Shown in pieces: positions 59,378 to 64,000 of a DNA stretch of 64,000 nucleotides. This stretch comes from Vulcanimicrobiota bacterium (GTDB taxonomy: Bacteria; Vulcanimicrobiota; Vulcanimicrobiia; Eremiobacterales; Eremiobacteraceae): the NCBI GenBank assembly GCA_963805945.1, contig CAWDVP010000001.1:32001-96000 (forward strand), in the 5' to 3' direction. The stretch's first letter is position 1, and each line of letters begins with the position of its first letter. Made by a program: the position numbers and the translations under genes. The notes beneath the pieces were generated by a model. It made no database searches. It was not told the DNA's origin and saw only the letters and a list, made by a program, of their open reading frames with translations.

Positions 59378-60007
59378 TCATACGCGGTACAATCCGCGCC
59401 ACCTCGGCGCGAGCACGAAGAACAACTGTGAGAGCACGATCGCCGCGATGCTCCAGTAGGTGTTGAAGACGCAGAGCGACGCGCTCAACGCATAGAGCAC
59501 CTGGCCGGTGATGATACGGCGTTCGATTGCCCGGCCCACGTCGACAGCCGAATCGTCCTTGAGCAGCCCCGCGCGGGTCGCATACCGCCAACTGACCCAG
59601 AGCGTGCCCCCGAGCAAGACGATGTTGAGCCAATAGATGACCACCGCGAGGCGATAGGTGATGAACTCCGCCAGCAGCGCGGTGGAGAACGGCATCAGCG
59701 CGACCACGAGCAGGAAGGCGATCTGCATCCACGTGAGGTCGCGATTGCTGCGGGCGAAGCTGCTGAGCTGCGTCTGCTGGCCGACCCAGAAGATGCCCAG
59801 CGTCATGAAGCTCATGAAATATGCGAGCAGCCGCGGCGACAGCACGAGCAGGGCGCTCAGCAGGTCGCCTTCGCTATGGATCGCCGTGCTCACCGGCACG
59901 CGCAGGTCGAGCACGAGCAATGTCATCGCGATGGCGAAGACGCCGTCGCTCAACGCAGAAAGCCGCTCCAGGCTTTGACCTGCGACCACGTTGTACAGCG
60001 GTTTCAT
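59378..60007 (-). CDS. TMEM175 family potassium channel
   Basis: RLSALSDGVFAIAMTLLVL signature; YFMSF..LG.FW; PFST. Confidence 0.9.
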   Translation of the reverse strand: MKPLYNVVAGQSLERLSALSDGVFAIAMTLLVLDLRVPVSTAIHSEGDLLSALLVLSPRLLAYFMSFMTLGIFWVGQQTQLSSFARSNRDLTWMQIAFLLVVALMPFSTALLAEFITYRLAVVIYWLNIVLLGGTLWVSWRYATRAGLLKDDSAVDVGRAIERRIITGQVLYALSASLCVFNTYWSIAAIVLSQLFFVLAPRWRGLYRV

Positions 60008-61044
60008 ACCCACTCCGGCGCGCCCGGCTCGGGGATAAGCGCGTACTTGAAGCCGCGACGGTGGTCGAGGTCATCGAAGACGTCCGGCAGATTCGAGAGC
60101 GGCACGATCCCGGACACCAGCGGCCGCAACGCGAGTCGCCCGGTGACGAGCAGGTCACGCGCCTCGCGCACGTCGGCCGGGGTGAAATGAAAGGCACCGA
60201 GACAGGTCAGCTCGTCGTAATGCAGGCGCGTCGCGTCCAGCGGCACCTCGCTGCCTGACGGCAGGCCGCCGAAGAACAGCGTGCGGCCGCCCGGACGGGT
60301 GAGCGCGAGCGCCTGGCGCCAGGCGTCCGGCGACCCCGCGCATTCGATGGCGGCGGCATAGCGCTGCGACAAAGGCACGCCGCCGGCCGCGCGCGCATCG
60401 ATCGTCTCGTCGGCGCCGAGCGCGCGCGCGATCGCGAGACGTTCCTCGCTGCGCGCGATCACGGTCGCGCGCACGCCCGCATGGCGTGCGTAGAGCAGGT
60501 GCAACAGGCCGATCGTGCCGGCGCCGATGATCGCGACGTCGCGCGGCGTCGGACGCTCGGCGTTGGCGCGGCGCAGCGCGCTCCAGCCGTGCACGATGCA
60601 GGACAGCGGCTCCAGGAACGCCGCTTCGATGTAGCTCAGCCCGACCGGCTTCTTGAAGACGTTGCGCCGCACGATCTTCCGCGGCAGCACGATGTGGTCC
60701 GCATACGCCCCGAGCGCGACGTCGTCGAAGATATGCTCGCACAAGTTCTCGTAACCGTCGCGGCAGCGCGCGCACTGCTCGCACGGCGCGGTCTGCACCC
60801 ACATGATCGCGTCGCCCGGCTTGAAGCCGGTCACGTCGGGGCCCACCGCCACGATGTCGCCGGACGCCTCGTGTCCGAACGGACCGTAGGCGAGCTTCGG
60901 GTGGCCGCGGCGATACGTCTTCAGATCCGTGCCGCACGTGAGAGCCGCGCGCACGCGCACGAGGACTTCACCCGCTCCGGGCGCGGGCGTCGGCGCTTCG
61001 TGCCATGCAAGCGTCCTGGGCGCGGTCAGGCGCGCTTGGCGCAT
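60004..61044 (-). CDS. Zn-dependent (MDR) dehydrogenase, sorbitol dehydrogenase-like
   Basis: ALTCGTDLKTYRRGHP, FGHE, CEQCARC..C, LEPL, GAGTIG. Confidence 0.9.
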   Translation of the reverse strand: MRQARLTAPRTLAWHEAPTPAPGAGEVLVRVRAALTCGTDLKTYRRGHPKLAYGPFGHEASGDIVAVGPDVTGFKPGDAIMWVQTAPCEQCARCRDGYENLCEHIFDDVALGAYADHIVLPRKIVRRNVFKKPVGLSYIEAAFLEPLSCIVHGWSALRRANAERPTPRDVAIIGAGTIGLLHLLYARHAGVRATVIARSEERLAIARALGADETIDARAAGGVPLSQRYAAAIECAGSPDAWRQALALTRPGGRTLFFGGLPSGSEVPLDATRLHYDELTCLGAFHFTPADVREARDLLVTGRLALRPLVSGIVPLSNLPDVFDDLDHRRGFKYALIPEPGAPEWV

Positions 61045-61048
61045 CCGC

Positions 61049-61940
61049 TCACTTGATGACCTGCACGCCGGCGGCGCGTTCGTACAGCTCCGAGACGACG
61101 CTGTAGTCGAGTTTGCCGCCGCCTTCGGCCGAGGCTTGCAGGTAGAGCTGGCCCGCAAGCGCCGCCTCGATCATCGGCACGTGCATCTGCTTGGCCGCGT
61201 CGAGCGCGGCGTTGAGGTCCTTGCGCAGCAGGTCGAGCGCGAAGCCGCCCTCGTGGCTACCTTTGAACCACGTGTTCGGCAACCACTTGTCGAGGATGTA
61301 GTTCGAGCCGGTGGCGGTGCCGATCACCTTGCGCAGCAGGTCGATGTCGGCACCCGACTTCTTGGCGAAGGTGAGCGCCTCCACATCGGCGATCATCACG
61401 ATGGCGATGATGATCTGATTCACGAGTTTGAAGGTCTCACCCATGCCCGCGGGGCCGACGAGAGTCGGCGTGCCCATCGCGCGGAACACCTGCTCGCATG
61501 CGGCGAACGTCGCCGCGTCGCCGCCCGCCATGATCGTGAGCTCGCCCGTTGCGGCGCGCGCGGGCCCACCGGAGACCGGGGCGTCGAGCATCTGGATGCC
61601 GCCGCTGCGCAGGCGTTCGTGGAACCCGCGCGAGGCGACCGGCGAGATCGTCGACATGTCGATGACGTAGCCGCCGCTGCGCATACCTGCGGCGACGCCC
61701 CGCTCGCCGAAGAGCGCTTCCTCTACCTGCGGGCTGTCGGGCACCATGGTGACGACTGCATCGCTGGCGGCGGCGACCGCGGCCGGATCCGCCGCTTCGA
61801 CCGCGCCGGCTTTTGATGAGACGCTCGACGCCCGCGCGCGAGCGGTGCGCGCACACGCGCAAGGCGAAACCCGCCCGCAACAGCGACGCGCCCATGGGTT
61901 CGCCCATCGCGCCGATACCGATGAGGCCGATGTTCTTCAT
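61049..61940 (-). CDS. Beta-hydroxyacid dehydrogenase (HIBADH/tartronate semialdehyde reductase family), frameshift near 61810
   Basis: IGIGAMG, DMSTISP, LDAPVSGG, KLVNQ, KDL. Confidence 0.9.
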
Positions 61941-61978
61941 CCGGATAGAATGGGCCGCGAACGGGCTGAGCTCCTGGC

Positions 61979-62003
61979 GGTCGAGTGAACTCGACCGCTC
62001 CAT
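61979..62003 (-). repeat. REP family A copy
   Basis: GGTCGAGT-GA-ACTCGACC-GCTCCAT. Confidence 0.9.
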
Positions 62004-62009
62004 GGGCCG

Positions 62010-64000
62010 TCAGTAGCGCTGCGTCACCGTCAAGCGCAGCGCGGCGCCCTGCAGCGAGTACGCATCGGTCGGCATGGTGCCGCCGGGAACTGGATACGGC
62101 ACGCCGGCGCCCGCCAGCGTGAACCTATCGTTGAATTGATTTGTGAGATTCGTGCCGGCCAGGCTGAGTTCGGTGTGGCCGAACGTCATGCCCGCGCTCG
62201 CATCGAGGACCACGTAGGCCGGGCGGTTGAGCTCATTGTTCGCGCTCTCGTAGGTGCCTGCGATCGCGTAGCCGAGGCCGTGCGCCGGTTGCCGGTCCAG
62301 CGCCAGCCGCGCTTTATGCAGCGGAATGCCCTGGAACTGCTCGCCCGGGATCATCGGCGGCGCAGCGGGGTTGATGAGCGCCGGATCGCCCGTCGGGAAC
62401 GCGGAGTTGATGCCGTAGCTCGCGTGCAGCGCGACGCCGTCCGCCAGAGGTTGATCCGCGCGCAACTCGACGCCCTGGTAATACGATTGGCCGACGTTGC
62501 CGAGGAACGTGAGCGATCCGTCGGCTGCGACGGTCTGCACACCAGCGTCATCGATGAGCGTGCGATAGAGATTGAGCGTGCTGATCGTCGCCAGCCGCCC
62601 GCTGCCGAAGCGGTGCTCGCGCCAAGATCGTATTCGACCGAGCGCTCTGTCTGCAGCGACGGGTTGAAAGCGAGTTCGGTGAGCAGCGGCGCCCGAAAAC
62701 CCGTGCCGAACGAGGCGCGCACCACGGTGTTCGGCGGCGTCCACACGACGGCGAACCGGGGATCGACGCTGGTGCCGAACGTGCTGAACGAGCTGTAATA
62801 CGCCGCCAGCGTGTAATGCAGGTACTGGCTGGCGCTCCACGTGTAGCGCCCGACGATCCAGCGCTCGATCGAGTATTGCGTCGGCGGGCCCGGCGCGAAC
62901 GCGTCGGGCGCGGTGAGCCGTTCTCTGCGCAGATCGAGCGAGACGGCGATCGTCGCGTCCGTCGGACCCGGCAGCGCGCGCTCGTATTGCGCGATGTCGT
63001 CGTCGACGCGATCGGCGTCGTTGAGCAGATACGGGTTGAGCGTCGGACTGATGTTCTCGGTCGACTGGTTGCTGATATTGGTGAGATGGCTGATGGTGAG
63101 CGTCGCGGGCGCCAGGCCGTTCGCCCCGTGCCGGCCGAGCGGCAGCTGCAGGTCGAGACCATACGCCGGCGCGGCGGTCAGCACGGCGGCGCCCGCGTGC
63201 GTTCACCGCGGTGAAGGGCGCGCCCGGCGCGGTGTTGCTCGGATCATCGGGTGCGCTGAGCGGCGCTGAGAGGTTGCGATAGGCGGCGGTGTCGCGAAAG
63301 GTCGCTTCGATGAATCCGGTATTGCCTTCAAGCGAGTAGCGGACTTTTGCGAGCGTCGCGGTGCCATCGATGTTGGAGCCGACAAGAGCCGTCTGCGCCG
63401 GCGCGCCCGGACCGGGCGTGGCGATCGTGATGGGATAGTCGTAGACCTCGCCTTGCGTCGTATAGCGGCGGTACAGCAGCGCATAGCCGAAGCGCTGATC
63501 GGTGCCGGTCGCGGCGATGGTCTCGCCCGCCGAGTCGAAGCTGCCGAAGGACGCGCGGACGAGACCATGGTCTTGGGCGGTGGGTTCGATGGTGCGGAAG
63601 TTGATCGCGCCGCCTTCGGAATCGGCGCCCACCAGCGACGATGGTCCGACGCCGTACACGATCTGCACGCCGGCGAACTCCGACGGGTCGAGCAGTTCGA
63701 GGTCGAAGTCGCCGGTGTTCTCGTTGTTCACCTGGTGACCGTCGATGTCGACGATGGTCTCGGACGGATCCGGACCGCGCAGCGCCGCGGTCTGCGGCAG
63801 ACCCGGTCGCACCGCCCGCTTGGCGCACCATGGTCACCGCGAGCTGCTGCCCGAGGACGTCGCTCAGCTGCGCGCCCCCTTGCGACGCGAGCGCCTGGGG
63901 ATTGATATCTGTCGTGGGCGCCGATGCCCTCGAGAGCGCGCTCGAGCCGTTCACCGTGACGGCGCCCAGCATGGCGACGCCGTTGGCGGCGGCGCGCGCG
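62010..64000 (-). CDS. TonB-dependent receptor (5' end outside the window; several frameshifts)
   Basis: Plug LRGPDPSET.V.IDG, GGAINF; SFGTGFRAP, GTNLTN; C-terminal aromatic residue. Confidence 0.85.

Overview
High-GC (visibly GC-rich) chromosomal window from a diderm soil-type bacterium. The rimP-nusA-ylxR-infB-rbfA-nrnA-truB-ribF gene order, a TonB-dependent receptor and many Pro/Thr-rich secreted proteins suggest Ca. Eremiobacterota/Vulcanimicrobiota (inference only). It holds about 55 CDSs: Liv-type ABC genes, the infB operon, pxpBCA, DUF1800/DUF1501, an AdnAB-like pair of UvrD helicase-nucleases, several secreted proteins of unknown function, and a redox/sulfur cluster. No rRNA, tRNA, CRISPR or transposase was seen. 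Many frameshifts, including in housekeeping genes, cluster at about 1-17 kb and 54-64 kb and look like long-read indel errors. Main observations: (1) a minus-strand cluster with two Zn-dependent dehydrogenases, a cupin resembling the R. rubrum methylthio-xylulose-5-P methylsulfurylase, and a MesD-like core methionine synthase, which may be a RuBisCO-like-protein-independent MTA salvage/isoprenoid shunt; (2) three families of short GTAG/GGAG-footed REP palindromes (18 copies), with compensatory stem changes in two families, one inverted REPIN doublet, and nine copies read in frame inside proteins; (3) the rimP-leader-type hairpin and a promoter lie directly before nusA, while rimP is coupled to pxpBCA.
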